Below, one piece after another: positions 29,728 to 40,974 of a stretch of DNA of 64,000 nt. The position numbers were made by a program, and so were the translations under genes. The number at the start of each line of letters is the position of its first letter. Position 1 is the first letter of the stretch. This stretch comes from an uncultured Pseudomonadota bacterium (lineage in GTDB: Bacteria; Pseudomonadota; Gammaproteobacteria; Steroidobacterales; Steroidobacteraceae), in assembly GCA_963832505.1 (NCBI GenBank), contig CAWHUD010000005.1, positions 68,215 to 132,214 on the forward strand, given 5' to 3'. The notes beneath the pieces are model-generated. The model was not told the origin of the DNA. It searched no databases and was given only the letters and a program-made list of their open reading frames with translations.

Positions 29728-29936
29728 GGATGTCCGCCGGCATGATGTCAAAGGCCCCTGCTAGCCGACCTGATCGCAGTCACATCGCCAAAGTGGTCAC
29801 GCGCGCGTATCGCAACGTCGTGCACAGATCCGCGATGTGGTTCGCGCCGCCTGGCACCGCCTTGCCGCTTGCCAGCCCGGAAGCGACTCGTCAGACTGCC
29901 CCGGGCTAAAGGAAGGCCCTGAGAGAATCCCTGACA

Positions 29937-30671
29937 GTGACGCGCAACATCCGACCGCTCCTGCTCATCACGCTCGGTGCCAGCCTGACGGCTCATGCGG
30001 ACTCGGTGAACGTGTATTCGGGCAGCATCGGTGGCACCTCCGACTTGGTGTTCCGCGGGCTGTCGCTCACGCGCGGCAAACCCGCGGCGCAGGCGTCGAT
30101 CGACGTCGAGTTTCCGCGGGAGTTCTACGCCGGCGCGTTCGTCGCCACCTGCGATCCCAATCCCGGCCCGAGCCCGGCGGTCGAAATGGATGTCTGGGCC
30201 GGCCGCTACTGGCGCATGTCGGAGAATTTTTCCGCCGACGTGCGGCTCTCGCAGTACACCTATCCCGACGATCCGCGCCGCGTGAGCTACAACCGCACCG
30301 AGATCACCGGCACGCTGGGATATCGCAACCAGCTGTTCGTCGGCGGCTATCTACTCCCCGAACACCAAGGCGCCTGGCCTCGTCGCCCGGGTATGAAGAA
30401 GGCAGCGCCTGGGCGCTGGAGCTGTCAGGCCGTTATCCCATCAACGATCGATTCGCGCTGTCGGCCGGCTTCGGCCACTACGGCCTGCGACGACGTCTAC
30501 CACGACAGCTACAACTACTGGAACGTCACGCTGACGGCCACGCTCAAGCCCTTCGAGCTGCAGCTTGCCTACCTCGGGGTGGACGACAGCGCCACCGAGC
30601 ATTTCGACGACGATGCCGTCGGCGACCGGGTGGCGTTTACGGCCCTCTGGCGCTTCTCCTCGACCCGCTAG
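29937..30671 (+). pseudogene. Gcw_chp/TorF-family predicted outer-membrane beta-barrel protein; about 2 frame changes as assembled
   Basis: Signal peptide LLLITLGASLTAHA. SGSIGGTSDLVFRGLSLTRGKPAAQASIDVEFPREFYAGAFVAT..VEMDVWAGRY matches my memory of the Gcw_chp family. The middle part (EEGSAWALELSGRYPINDRFALSAGFGHYGL) lies in the frame of ORF 29837-31345. The end returns to the first frame (..NYWNVTLTATLKPFELQLAYLGVDD..FTALWRFSSTR*). Confidence 0.6.
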
Positions 30672-30706
30672 CGGCCCGGGAACCTGAGGGGCGCGGGCCG
30701 GTACTC

Positions 30707-31345
30707 ATGAGCAGTTGGACCCCAAAGGTTGCTGCCGTGGCACTGAAGAGCGTCGAAAACCCCGATTCCCGCGCCGTGTCGCCGCCGGTCACCGACAGCT
30801 CGGAACGCGAGCTGCTGGATCGCATCGTCCGGTCCCGTGACCAGGCGGCTTTTCGCAGCCTTTATGGCAACTACTACCAGCGACTGTCGCGGCTGCTGTC
30901 GCGCATGTCGGTGCGCCGCGAGGACATCGAGGAAGTCATCAACGACACCTTCTGGGTGGTGTGGACCAAGGCCGCGGAATTTCGCGGCGCGTCGCAGCTA
31001 TCCACCTGGATCATCGGCATCGCCTACCGCCGCGCGTTGAACGCGCTGCGGCGCGCCCAGCTCCGCCCGGTGGCCGACGAACCCTTCGACGAGGATTCGG
31101 TGAGCGTTGGTTCCTCCGAGGAAGGAGAAACCAACCAGCAATGGCTGGCGCTCGGACTGGAGAGCCTGCCGATGGAGCAGCGCATGGCGCTGGAACTCAC
31201 TTACACTCTCGGCCATTCCTGCGAGGAAGTGGCCGCGATTCTCGACTGCCCGGTCAACACGGTGAAAACCCGCCTGTTCCGGGCCCGCGAAACACTCAAA
31301 CAAGTACTGCCCGAACTTGCAGGAATGTCTGGAGAAAAATCATGA
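30707..31345 (+). CDS. ECF-type RNA polymerase sigma-70 family factor
   Basis: Intact from ATG 30707. Region 2: RSRDQAAFRSLYGNYYQRLSRLL..DIEEVINDTFWVVWTKAAEFRG.SQLSTWIIGIAYRRALNALRR. Region 4: LPMEQRMALELTYTLGHSCEEVAAILDCPVNTVKTRLFRARETL. Confidence 0.9.
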   Translation: MSSWTPKVAAVALKSVENPDSRAVSPPVTDSSERELLDRIVRSRDQAAFRSLYGNYYQRLSRLLSRMSVRREDIEEVINDTFWVVWTKAAEFRGASQLSTWIIGIAYRRALNALRRAQLRPVADEPFDEDSVSVGSSEEGETNQQWLALGLESLPMEQRMALELTYTLGHSCEEVAAILDCPVNTVKTRLFRARETLKQVLPELAGMSGEKS

Positions 31346-32018
31346 GTGCCCGCATCCCCGATACGCACGCCGAAGCCTGGGCCCTGCTGCCCTGGCTGGC
31401 CAACGGGCGCATCCAGCCGGCGGACCGCGAGTGGGTGGAAGCGCACGTGCAGGGTTGCGCGGAGTGCCGCGCCGAACTCGCCGCCCAGCGCCTGGTGGCC
31501 TCGCAGGTGAACCGCGACGTAGCGGACTCGCCGCCGGCCGCCGCCTCCGATGAGCAGCGCTCCTTCAACAAGCTGTGGGCGCGCATCGAAGCCCGGAAAC
31601 CGTTGCGACGCCCGCCACCGGCACCAGCGGTGCCGCCGTTGCCGTGCCGCGTTCGTCGCGCACGGTGCGCTGGCTGGCGGCGGCGGTGGTGGTCCAGGCC
31701 ATCGGCCTCGGCGTGCTCGGCATGGCGCGCTGAGCAATGCGCAGTCCGGCGACGATATCGTCACGGTCGCCGACGTGGAGCCGCGCCTGAACGCGCCCGC
31801 GGTGCGTATCGTGTTCGCGCCCGGCACGTCGATCGCCACCATCAACACCTTGCTCGCCCACCAGGGCCTGTCCATCGTCGCCGGCCCCGGCGACTGCCGG
31901 CAATTTCACGGCCGAGCTGTCGGCCGATGCGGTGGCCTCGGGCGCATCGGCGGAATCCGTGGCCGCGGTGATGGCGAAGGATCCGAATGTCGCTTTCGCT
32001 CAGCCCGTTGCCCGTTGA
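31342..32018 (+). pseudogene. anti-sigma factor (zf-HC2, single TM, periplasmic C-terminal domain); about 3 frame changes as assembled
   Basis: The ATG overlaps the sigma-factor stop (ATGA 31342-31345). H-x3-C-x2-C motif HVQGCAECRAEL. TM segment VRWLAAAVVVQAIGLGVLGM. C-terminal part ..RIVFAPGTSIATINTLLAHQGLSIVAGP..AVMAKDPNVAFAQPVAR*. Confidence 0.65.
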
Positions 32019-32040
32019 AGAGGGGCCCGCTAAGAGGCCC

Positions 32041-33340
32041 TGACGCGCCACGCCTGGCGCCTGCGTGCCGCGCTCGTGCTGGCGGCGCGTCGCGTTCGCT
32101 GTCTCCGCACCCGGCCGCGGCCGCGCCACCCGAGGTGCGGACGCCGGCCGAGGTGCGCACCGCGCCCGGGCAGTTCATCGTGGTCGCGGTGGCCAACCCG
32201 GTGACCGGCAGGCCGGCCGCCGTCGGCGGCACCGCGCACGGCTACGGCACGCTCCACTAACTACCGCGTCAGCGCCACCGCGACTTCGCTGATCCGCGAG
32301 CTGGCGCGCAATCATTCGCTCACGCTGGTGTCCGAGTGGCCGATCGAACAGCTGCAGATGCACTGCGTGCTGTTCCGGATTCCGCCCGGCACCACGCGTG
32401 AAGCGGTCATCGAAAAACTGCTGACCGACAAGCGCGTGCTGATCGCGCAGCCGCTCAACGAATTCGAGTCGGCGACCGCCGCCTCGCCCGCCTTCGACGA
32501 TCCGTATGCGCGCCTGCAGTCGAACGTCAACGCGCTGGACGTCGCCGAGGCGCACAACATCAGCCGCGGCAGCGGGCATCCGCGTGGCCATCATCGACAC
32601 CGGCGTCGACACCGAGCATCCCGATCTCGCCGGCCGCACGCAGCTCACGCGCAACTACATCGACGACGACGCCGTCGAGTTTCGCAACGACCGGCACGGC
32701 ACGCAGGTGGCCGGCCTGATCGCCGCGCCGCCAACAACGGCATCGGCATCGTGGGCGTCGCGCCGGACGTCAGGCTGCTGGCCTACAAGGCCTGCTGGCA
32801 GGCCTCGCCGACCAGCGCCGGCCGCTGCAATTCCTTCACGCTGGCGCAGGCGCTGGCCGACGCGCTCGCGGCCCGCGCGCAGGTCATCAACCTGAGCCTG
32901 GTCGGGCCCAGCGATCCGCTGCTCGAGGCGCTGGTCGCCAAGGCCATCGAGGCCGGCGTCATCGTGGTGGGCGCGGTGTCCGACGATCCGCGCTTCGGCT
33001 TTCCGGCCAGACTGCCGCGCGTGCTGCCGGTTGCCGAAGCGGAAACCGTCATCGCAGGAACGCGACGACATCCTGCGCGCCCCGGCGCGCGACATCGTCA
33101 CGCTGGTGCCCAACGGACACTACGATTTCGCTTCGGGCAGCTCGCTCGCCACCGCGCAGATCACCGGCGTGGTCGCGCTGCTGCTGGCGCGCAACCAGAA
33201 ACTCGGCGTCGACACGCCTGCGCGCGCTGCTCGAGCAGTCCACCGAGAGGCACGACACGACGCGCGGCCCATTTCTCTCGGTCAATGCCTGCGCGGCGCT
33301 GGCGCAGGTGGTGCGTGGAGCGGTTTGCCGCCGACCCTAG
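32041..33340 (+). pseudogene. S8-family (subtilisin-like) serine peptidase with N-terminal propeptide-like region; about 4 frame changes as assembled
   Basis: Triad motifs lie in stitched frames: Asp VAIIDTGVDTEHPDL, His HGTQVAGLIAA, Ser GSSLATAQITGVVALLLA. N-terminal region QFIVVAVANP..HCVLFRIPPGTTREAVIEKLLTDKRVLIAQP resembles an I9-type propeptide. The start position is uncertain. Stop TAG at 33338-33340. Confidence 0.7.
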
Positions 33341-33366
33341 CGCCGCAGCGCGCCTTCGGGCTGCCG

Positions 33367-34521
33367 TCACGTCAGGTTACGGCGCAGGTCGTGCTTCGCG
33401 AGCCAGCCCACCACGGCCGACAACGCCTCGCTGTCGGTGGCGCCCTGCTTGCGCGCCGTCTGGTAGACGTCCAGCTGCTGATGCGCGCTGGTGCCGCGCT
33501 TGAGGATCACGCGCGCGTGTTCGGTTTCCGCGAGGCAATCGAGCGCCACGGCGTCGTCGTGCGCGATGGCCAGCAGCTCCTCGAGCAGCTCGGCGAAGGG
33601 CACGAGCTCGCCGCGCGCCAGGTCGAGCAGGCTGGCATCCGAACCGAAGCGCATCGCGCGCCAGCGATTCTCGGCGATCAGCATGCGCGGATAGCGTCGC
33701 CAGGATTTGTTCTCGCGGCGCAGCCGGTACAGCATGCGCACCAGCGAGAGGTTCAGCGCCGCGAGGCATACCGCATCGTCGAGATGCGTGCAGCAGTCGA
33801 ACACGCGCGTCTCGAGCGTCGGATAACGCGAGCTCGGGCGGATGTCCCACCAGATCTTGGTGGTGTCCTCGATGAGTCCGTTGCGCACCAGCGCATCGAG
33901 ATGGCGGCGGAATTCGCCGTAGCTGTCGAAGCGCTCGGGCAGCCCGGTGCGCGGCAGCGACGACAGCAGCATGAGCCGGAACGACTGCATGCCCATGTCC
34001 TCGCCTTCCCAGAACGGCGAGGAACACGACAGCGCCAGCAGGTGCGGCACGAAGTACGGCAGCTGGTTCATGACGTCGATGCGCAGCTCGTCGTCCTCCA
34101 GGCCCACGTGCACGTGCATGCCGCAGATGATCATGCGCCGCGCCCCGCCCTGCACTTCGCGCGCGATGTCGGCGTAGCGCTCGTGATCGGTGTGCGGCGG
34201 ACGATGCGGGGGCCGCGCGAACGGATGCGTCGACACCGCCACCGGCGCGATGCCGTAGTTCGCCGCGACTTCGCAGACCTTGCGCCGCAGGAGCGCGAGC
34301 TCGCGGCGCATGGCAGCCACCGAAGCGCACACCGAGGTCTTCACTTCGAGCTGCGAGCGCAGGAATTCGGGGCTGACGCGCCCGTCGGTCTCGGCGATGC
34401 AGCGCTGCAGCAGTTCGGCCGGCGGATCGGAAACGAGATCGCGCGTGGCCAGGTCCACGAGCAGATATTCTTCTTCCAGCCCTAACGAGAAGGTGGGCTC
34501 GGCATTCCCCGGCCTCGGCAT
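33367..34521 (-). CDS. YbdK-type carboxylate-amine ligase (glutamate-cysteine ligase family 2)
   Basis: Intact from MPRPGNAEPTF (ATG 34521). FSLGLEEEYLLVD, ICGMHVHVGL, SSPFWEGEDMGMQSFR, IWWDIRPSSRYPTLETRVFD. The 707-aa track ORF 33367-35490 is an upstream read-through and is rejected. Confidence 0.8.
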   Translation of the reverse strand: MPRPGNAEPTFSLGLEEEYLLVDLATRDLVSDPPAELLQRCIAETDGRVSPEFLRSQLEVKTSVCASVAAMRRELALLRRKVCEVAANYGIAPVAVSTHPFARPPHRPPHTDHERYADIAREVQGGARRMIICGMHVHVGLEDDELRIDVMNQLPYFVPHLLALSCSSPFWEGEDMGMQSFRLMLLSSLPRTGLPERFDSYGEFRRHLDALVRNGLIEDTTKIWWDIRPSSRYPTLETRVFDCCTHLDDAVCLAALNLSLVRMLYRLRRENKSWRRYPRMLIAENRWRAMRFGSDASLLDLARGELVPFAELLEELLAIAHDDAVALDCLAETEHARVILKRGTSAHQQLDVYQTARKQGATDSEALSAVVGWLAKHDLRRNLT

Positions 34522-34552
34522 GGGCCGAGTATGCCTGCCGGCCCGATCTGCG

Positions 34553-37500
34553 TCAGTTGAAAACGTCGTCGATGGCGCAGGGCTCGGCGAGATGGAATCC
34601 CTGGATGTAGTCGACGCCGATCTCCTTGAGGACCGCCATGACACTTCGGCGCTCTCGACCTTCTCGGCGATGGTCGCCACCTGCATGGCGCGGCCGATCT
34701 TGGCGATGGCCTCGACCATGCTGCGATCCACCGGGTCGGTGGCCACGTGGGCGGCGAACTGGCCGTCGATCTTGAGGAAATCCACCGGCAGGGTCTTGAG
34801 GTACGAGAACGATGACACGCCGCTGCCGAAATCATCGAGCGCAGAAGCGGCAGCCGCGCGCCTTGAGCTCGCGCATGAAGAAGGTGGCCTTGGCGAGTGA
34901 GGCCACGGCGGCGGTCTCGGTGATCTCGAAGCACAGGGCGCGCGCCACCGGATTCGTTGCCGAGCCGCGTCAGCACGAAGTCGAGGAAATCCTCGTCGTT
35001 GATCGACGTGCCGGAGAGATTCACGGCCAGCGAGTGGCAGCGCGTTTGCCCTGGCGCACGCAGTTCTCCAGCAGCGCGATGGCGCGGTCGACCACCCAGC
35101 GGTCCACCATGACCATGACGTTGTAACGCTCGGCGGCCGGGATGAACTCATCGGGCGGCACCAGGCGTGCCGTCTTCGTCGCGCAGGCGGACCATGAGCT
35201 CGTAGAAGGAGTTGTCGGTCGCCCTGGCGGAAATGCCGACGATGCGTTGCGCGTACAGCTCGAGCCGGCCGTCTTCGACGGCGCGCGCGATGCGCCCGAC
35301 CCACTGCATTTCGCGATGGCGGTTCGTGCCGTGGCCGCGTTCGTAGATCTGGACGCGATTGCGGCCGCCATCCTTGGCCGCGTAACAGGCGATGTCGGCG
35401 GCCGACAGCACGGCGGCGGCGCTGGTGGTTTCGCGCGCGATCCGCACCACGCCGATACTGGCGCCCACCGAAAGGCTGTTGGCGCCCCACAGGAAGCGGT
35501 ATCCGTGAATGGCCTGGCGGATGCTGTCGGCGACGCGCTCCGCCTGCTCCAGCGAGCAGCGTTCGAGCAGCAAGCCGAATTCGTCGCCGCCCAGGCGCGC
35601 GATGGTGTCGGAGGCGCGCACCCGCGTCTGCAGCAGGCTGGTGATGTCGCGCAGCAGCCGGTCGCCGGCGCTGTGTCCGCAGGTGTCGTTGACCACCTTG
35701 AACTGGTCGAGGTCGACGTACAGCAGCACGTATTCGCCTTCGCCGCGCTGCGCGGCGGTCACCGCGCTCTCCAGGCGCACGTCGAACTCGCGCCGGTTGA
35801 TGAGACCGGTGAGCGCGTCATGGCTCGCCTGGTACGACAAGGCGCGCTTCAGGCGGCGTTCCTTGGTCACGTCACCGAACACGATGACGGCGCCGACGGC
35901 CACGCCTTCGCGGTTGCGAATCGGCGAAGCGGTTTCCTGGATGGCGAGCTCTTCGCCGCGGCGGTTCACCAGCACGTTGCGATCGGAGGGCATGGCGGTT
36001 TCGCCGGCCAGCAGCACGCGATCGAGCGTATAGGCCACGGGTTTGCGCGTCGACTCGTCGATGAGCTGCAGCACTTCGCCGATGGCGCGGCCGCGGGCTT
36101 CGCCGATGGTCCAGCCGGTGAGCCGTTCGGCCACGGGATTCAGATAGTCGATGCGGCCGCCGGCATCGGTGGTGATCACCGCGTCGCCGATGGACTGCAG
36201 CGTGACCTGCGGCGCGATCCTTTTCGGCGTAGATCGCCTGCTCGGCGCGCTTGCGCTCGGTGATGTCCGATACCGTGCCTTCGTAGCCGACGATGCGTCC
36301 CGCTGCCGTCGCGCACGCCGCGCGAATTCTCCAGCGCCACCACCTGCGTGCCGTCGCGGCGGCGCAGCATGACTTCCATCGAGCGCACTTCGCCGTCGGT
36401 ATCCACGCGCCGCACGAAATCGGCGCGGTCGGGCGCGCTCCAGTACAGCATCACCGAGCTCGGCAACGCGTACATCTCCTCGGCGGAGTCATAACCCAGC
36501 ATCTTCACGAAGGCGCTGTTGACCGAGACCAGCCGGCCATCGCGCGTACTCTGGTAGACGCCTTCGATGACGCCCTCGAACAGGCCGCGGAATTTCGCCT
36601 CGCTGGCGCGCAGCGCCTCCTCGGCGAGATTGCGCTCGATGGCGAGCGCCGCGAGACGCGCCGCATGCGACTGCAGCACCTGCTCGCGCGAGTCCGGCAG
36701 CCCGGGCTCCGGCCGGAAGATGGCCACCGATCCTAGCAACTTGCCGCTGGCGCCCTTGATCGGCACGGACCAGACGGCGCGGAAGCCCGAATCGAGAACC
36801 ACCTGGCGGCGATCCGCCCAGTTCGCATCGTTGGCCACGTCCGCGACGAACACATCGCAGGCCGAATAGACAGCGGCGGCGCAGGAGCCGCGCCGCGGTT
36901 CGATGGGCGTGCGCTCGAGCACCGCCGCCAGCATCGGCGGCAGGTGCCGCGCGATGGTCAGCGAGAAGTAGCTGGCGTCGGGCGACAGCACCGAGATCGT
37001 GCAGCGGCAACGCGGATATACCGCCTGCACCAGCGCCGAAATGACATCGAGCACCGCCGGCAGTCCGGCATTGGAGGCCAGCAGCGCAAAGAAGGCGCGC
37101 TCGTTTTCGATGATGATCTCGGCGCGTTTGCGTTCCGAGATGTCAGTGATGCTGGCGCGCACCAGCGGCGCGACGCCGCCCTCGAGCCGCACCAGGCGCA
37201 CTTCGCAGGGAATGTCGCGGCCGGTCGAGTCGCGATGGATCCATTCGAACACCTGCGACTCGCCCGCCACCGCCAGCGCGAATTGCTGGCGATGCGGCGA
37301 ATTGGTGGGCTGGCCGTCGGCCTGGATCTCGGCGCTGACGCGCCGAGCGTGCTGGTCAGCAGCTGGTTGCGCGTCATCTTGAACAGGCGCAGCGCCGGTT
37401 CGTTGGCCTCGACGAAGCGGCGGGTCTCGGCGTCGATGACCGCGATCGCCTCGGGAGCGTTGTCCACCAGCGAGCGGTAACGAGCCTCGCTGTCGCGCAG

Positions 37501-38198
37501 GGCTTCCTCGGTGGCGCGCCGTTCGGAGACGTCGCGCAGGCAGATGACGAAGACTTCGTTGCGGCCGTGGCGCGCGCGGCTGACCGCGATCTCGGCGGGG
37601 AAAGCTGATCCGTCGCTGCGCCGCGCGGTGACTTCGGGCGTCACGCGCATGCCGCGGAAGGTATCGCTCGCGCCGGCCAGCCGGTCGAGACCCGCGGCGA
37701 TCGAGCCGCCGGCGCGCTGAGCTCGGGCATGAGCTCGTCGATGCGCAGCCCTAACAACTCCGCCGGCGGATAGCCGAACACCCGGTCGCTCATGGGATTG
37801 GCGCGATCGATCACGCCGTCGACGTTGGCGGTGATCACCACGTCCTTGATGTGATCGAGAATGACCTGCAGCTGCGCGGCGCCCTGCTCGGCGATCTCCA
37901 CGCCCAGCGAGCGTGCCTCGTCGGACATGAGCTGCATGGAGCGCACCATGGCGCGCCGCTCGTCATCGACGGTGTCGTAGTAGCGGCTGAGCATCTCGAG
38001 CAGCTCGTGGGCGCTGACACGCGAGCCCGTGACACGGGCGCGCAGCTCCCGCAGCTGGGTCTGCAGCAGGGGATGCAGACGCCGCATCGAAAAATCGCTC
38101 ACGTCCATGCGTGCGCCGGGCGAACCGCTGCCGCCGCCGCTGCTTACGCCGGAATCAGAGCCGTCTTGAGAAGGCGAGCCTTCCGCCTGTTTTGACAT
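34553..38198 (-). pseudogene. large multi-sensor PAS-PAS-GAF-PAS-PAS-GGDEF-EAL c-di-GMP protein (about 1200 aa); many frame changes as assembled
   Basis: Stitched from ORFs 37641-38219 (start MSKQAEGS at 38198), 36958-37650, 36176-37270, 35148-36179, 35021-35371, 34482-35024 and the tail. Contains RASDTIARLGGDEFGLLL (I-site plus GGDEF). EAL motifs YELMVRL, ALDDFGSGVSSFSYLK, KIDGQF and ..YIQGFHLAEPCAIDDVFN* (stop 34553-34555). Confidence 0.8.
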
Positions 38199-38283
38199 AA
38201 CGATGCAAACGAGGACCAAATTGCATGATATGTCCGGTGGACAGCCGGGCCCGTGAAACGGCTCGCGAAATCGGGCAACGGAA

Positions 38284-38864
38284 TCAGTTCGCGCCGGGAT
38301 TTTCCGCTGGTGGCGTGGGTGCAGCGGGCGGCGCCGTCGCGGGCGGTGGCGCGACGTCGGAAACTATTACGGGAATGGAGAACACGCGCGACACCATGCC
38401 CTCGGCGCCCTCGGTCTCGATGCTCGCGGTAATCACGAACACACCGGCGCGTGCCGGCATCAACACGATCTGATGTTTGATCGGCTTCTCCGAACCTGCG
38501 TCCTTCTCAATGGCAACGCTTCGCCCGACATCAGCGTGAGGCCGTCCTGGCTCTCGAAGCGTCCGCGCAGCGAGGTGTAGTCCTCGTGCGGAATGATGGC
38601 GATGTCCACCGGCAGCGCCTGGTTGACCACGGGAGAGTTGCCCAGCGAGAAATGCACGCCGACGTATTTCGACGACTTGCCGGCAGGTACGGCGGCAACC
38701 ATGTTCGCGCCGGGATCAGCAGTCTTGGGGCCGGCGGGTTTGCCGATCTTGTCCGCGGCCGGTCCCGGCTCCGGCGCGGATTCCTCGCAGCCGGCGAGCA
38801 GCAAGCCAGCCGACAACGCCGCGAACCAAGAGGCGCGAGCCCAGGATCTGATCATTCGAAGCAC
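38284..38864 (-). pseudogene. hypothetical lipoprotein with Pro/Ala-rich C-terminal tail; one frame change as assembled
   Basis: Lipobox ALSAGLLLAGCEE. ORFs 38460-38864 and 38284-38466 join near 38510 (..LTLMSGEALPL/EKDAGSEKPIKHQIVLMPARAGVFVITASIE..). The tail is APPPATAPPAAPTPPAENPGAN*. No family recognised. Confidence 0.5.
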
Positions 38865-38894
38865 CCTCCTCCCGTCCCTATACGTCAGTCGAAC

Positions 38895-39890
38895 CTATCT
38901 GGCCAGTATGGGCGGATCGTCCATGGCCGCCAGTTGTTCGAGCAAATCCGAGATGTGCCGCTCCCAGAAACGCGCGTCGGCGAACCAGGGAAAGGCGCGC
39001 GGAAACGCCGGGTCGTGCCAGCGAGGCGCGATCCAGGCGGCGTGATGCAGGATCCGCAGCGATCGCAGGCTTTCGACCAGCGTGAGCTCCGCGTAGTCGA
39101 ACTCGCCAAACAACTCGTAGCCTTCCATGAGCGCGGCCCAGGATGCCTGCTGGCTCGCGGCATCGCCGGAGAGAAACATCCACAGGTCCTGGATGCGCGG
39201 CCCCGACATGCAGTCGTCCAGATCCACGAACAGCGGCCCTGTTCGCGCCACAGGATGTTGCCGGCATGGCAGTCGCCGTGGATCCGCAACGCCGGCAGGC
39301 GTCCGAAGCCTTCGAAAGACTGTCGGACTCGTCCGATCACCTGTGCACTGACGCGCGCATATTGTTCGGTCAGCGACTCGGGTACAAAGCCGCTTTCGAT
39401 CACCCGTTCTCTTGCCTGGTTGCCGAACCGCTCGAGCGTGAGTGCCGGGCCGGTGCGCGAACCGCGTCCGGCCGCCGATCGCGTGCATGCGTGCCAGCGT
39501 GCGGCCTAGCAAGGTGAGCGTGGCGCGGTCGTCGAGTTCCGGCGCGCGCCCCCCGAGATACGGGAACGCGGCGAAGCGCAGGCGGCGATGGACAAACAAA
39601 CTCTCGCCGTCGCGCACCAGCGGCGCGGCCACCGGCAGCTCGGCGCCCGCGAGCTCGAAGGTGAAGGAGTGTTCTTCGGCGATCTGCGCGTCGCTCCAGC
39701 GCGCCGGACGGTAGAACTTCAGCACCCACAGCGCGCCGTCCTCGTCGCCCAGTTGATAGACGCGGTTTTCGTAGCTGTTGAGCGCAAACAGGCGCCCGGA
39801 GGGTTGAAGTCCAATGCTTTCAGCGGCCTCGGCGACCACCAGCGGTGTCAGGAAATCGAAAGGAGCGGGTGCAGAATGCGTCACAGCCAC
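38895..39890 (-). pseudogene. srkA: stress response serine/threonine kinase SrkA (YihE/RdoA family); about 3 frame changes as assembled
   Basis: LNSYENRVYQLGDEDG..VLKFYRPARWS, HGDCHAGNILWREQGP, FVDLDDCMSGPRIQDLWMFLSGD, ESLRSLRILHHAAWIA. Collinear with E. coli SrkA. Confidence 0.8.
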
Positions 39891-39957
39891 CCATGGACAT
39901 TAATGTAAAATCCCGTGGTCTAAAACAAATCGCCTAAAAACCCTTACGGAACATGCA

Positions 39958-40956
39958 ATGAGCCCAAGGTCATCCGATCTTGGTCACCGGCGGTGCCGGC
40001 TACATCGGCAGTCACACGGTGCTGCAGCTCGTGGCGCGCGGCGAGCGGGTCGTGGTGCTCGACGATCTATCCACCGGATTTCGCCAGGCGGTGCGGGACG
40101 TTCCGCTGGTGGTCGGCAACGTCGGCGATCGCGCGCTGGTCGACTCGGTGCTCGCCGAGCACCGCGTCGACACCATCATCCATTTCGCCGCGCACACCAT
40201 CGTGCCGGAATCGGTTTCGGATCCGCTCAAGTACTACGGCAACAACACCTGCGCCACGCGCTCGCTGCTCGATTGCGCCGCGCGCGCCGGCGTGAAGCAT
40301 TTCGTGTTCTCGTCGACCGCCGCGGTCTACGGCATTCCGGCCAACGGCCTGGCCGCGGAAGATATCGCCGACCGCGCCGATCAATCCCTACGGCACCTCG
40401 AAGCTGATGTCGGAGTGGATGCTGCGCGACCTGTGCGCGGCGACGCCGATGCGCTACGTGGTCCTGCGCTACTTCAACGTCGCCGGCTCGGCACCCGGGG
40501 CCGGATCGGCCAGTCGACGCGCGCCGCCACGCTGCTGGTGAAGGTGGCCTGCGAAGTGGCGGTGGGCAAGCGGCCGCACCTTTCGGTGTTCGGCACTGAT
40601 TACCCCACGCCGGACGGCACCGGCGTGCGCGACTACATCCACGTCGAGGATCTCGCCACCGCGCACGTCAACGCCCTCACCTACCTGCGCGACGGCGGCA
40701 AATCGCTGATCGCCAACTGCGGCTACGGTCATGGCTACAGCGTGCGCGAGGTGGTCGTCGAGCGTGGAGAAGATCGCCGGCATCAAGCTCGACGGTGCGC
40801 GAGGAGCCGCGCCGCGCCGGCGATCCGCCGGCGCTGGTCGCCAAGGCCGACAAGGTGCGCGAGGTGCTCGGCTGGTCGCCCAGGCTCGACGACATCGACA
40901 CCATCGTGCGCAGCGCGCTCGAATGGGAACGGCGCCTGCAGCGGGAACCCTGGTAG
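39958..40956 (+). pseudogene. galE: UDP-glucose 4-epimerase GalE; about 4 frame changes as assembled
   Basis: VTGGAGYIGSHTVLQLVARGERVVVLDDLSTG, FSSTAAVYG, NPYGTSKLMSEWMLRD (YxxxK), RYFNVAG, VFGTDYPTPDGTGVRDYIHVEDLA, ..LGWSPRLDDIDTIVRSALEWERRLQREPW* (TAG 40954-40956). Confidence 0.85.
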
Positions 40957-40974
40957 TTAGCCGCGGGCTACACG

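Noticed and set aside
29852-29865. TGGCAC-CGCC-TTGC upstream of the Gcw_chp gene (sigma-54-like)
   Set aside because: The spacer is one nucleotide too short for the strict -24/-12 spacing. It could become a real promoter if a base is missing from the consensus, so it is noted but not called.
32130-32165. Imperfect 18-bp tandem duplication CCGAGGTGCGGACGCCGG / CCGAGGTGCGCACCGCGC (PEVRTPAEVRTAP) at the S8 peptidase N-terminus
   Set aside because: It has only two copies and lies in the likely signal-peptide/propeptide linker. It is most simply a slippage duplication with no evident function.
34522-35490. Upstream 323 codons of the 707-aa track ORF 33367-35490, suggesting an EAL-YbdK fusion
   Set aside because: The EAL gene's real C-terminus (..YIQGFHLAEPCAIDDVFN*) ends at 34553 in another frame. 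The apparent fusion is read-through in a stop-poor GC-rich frame combined with frame errors.
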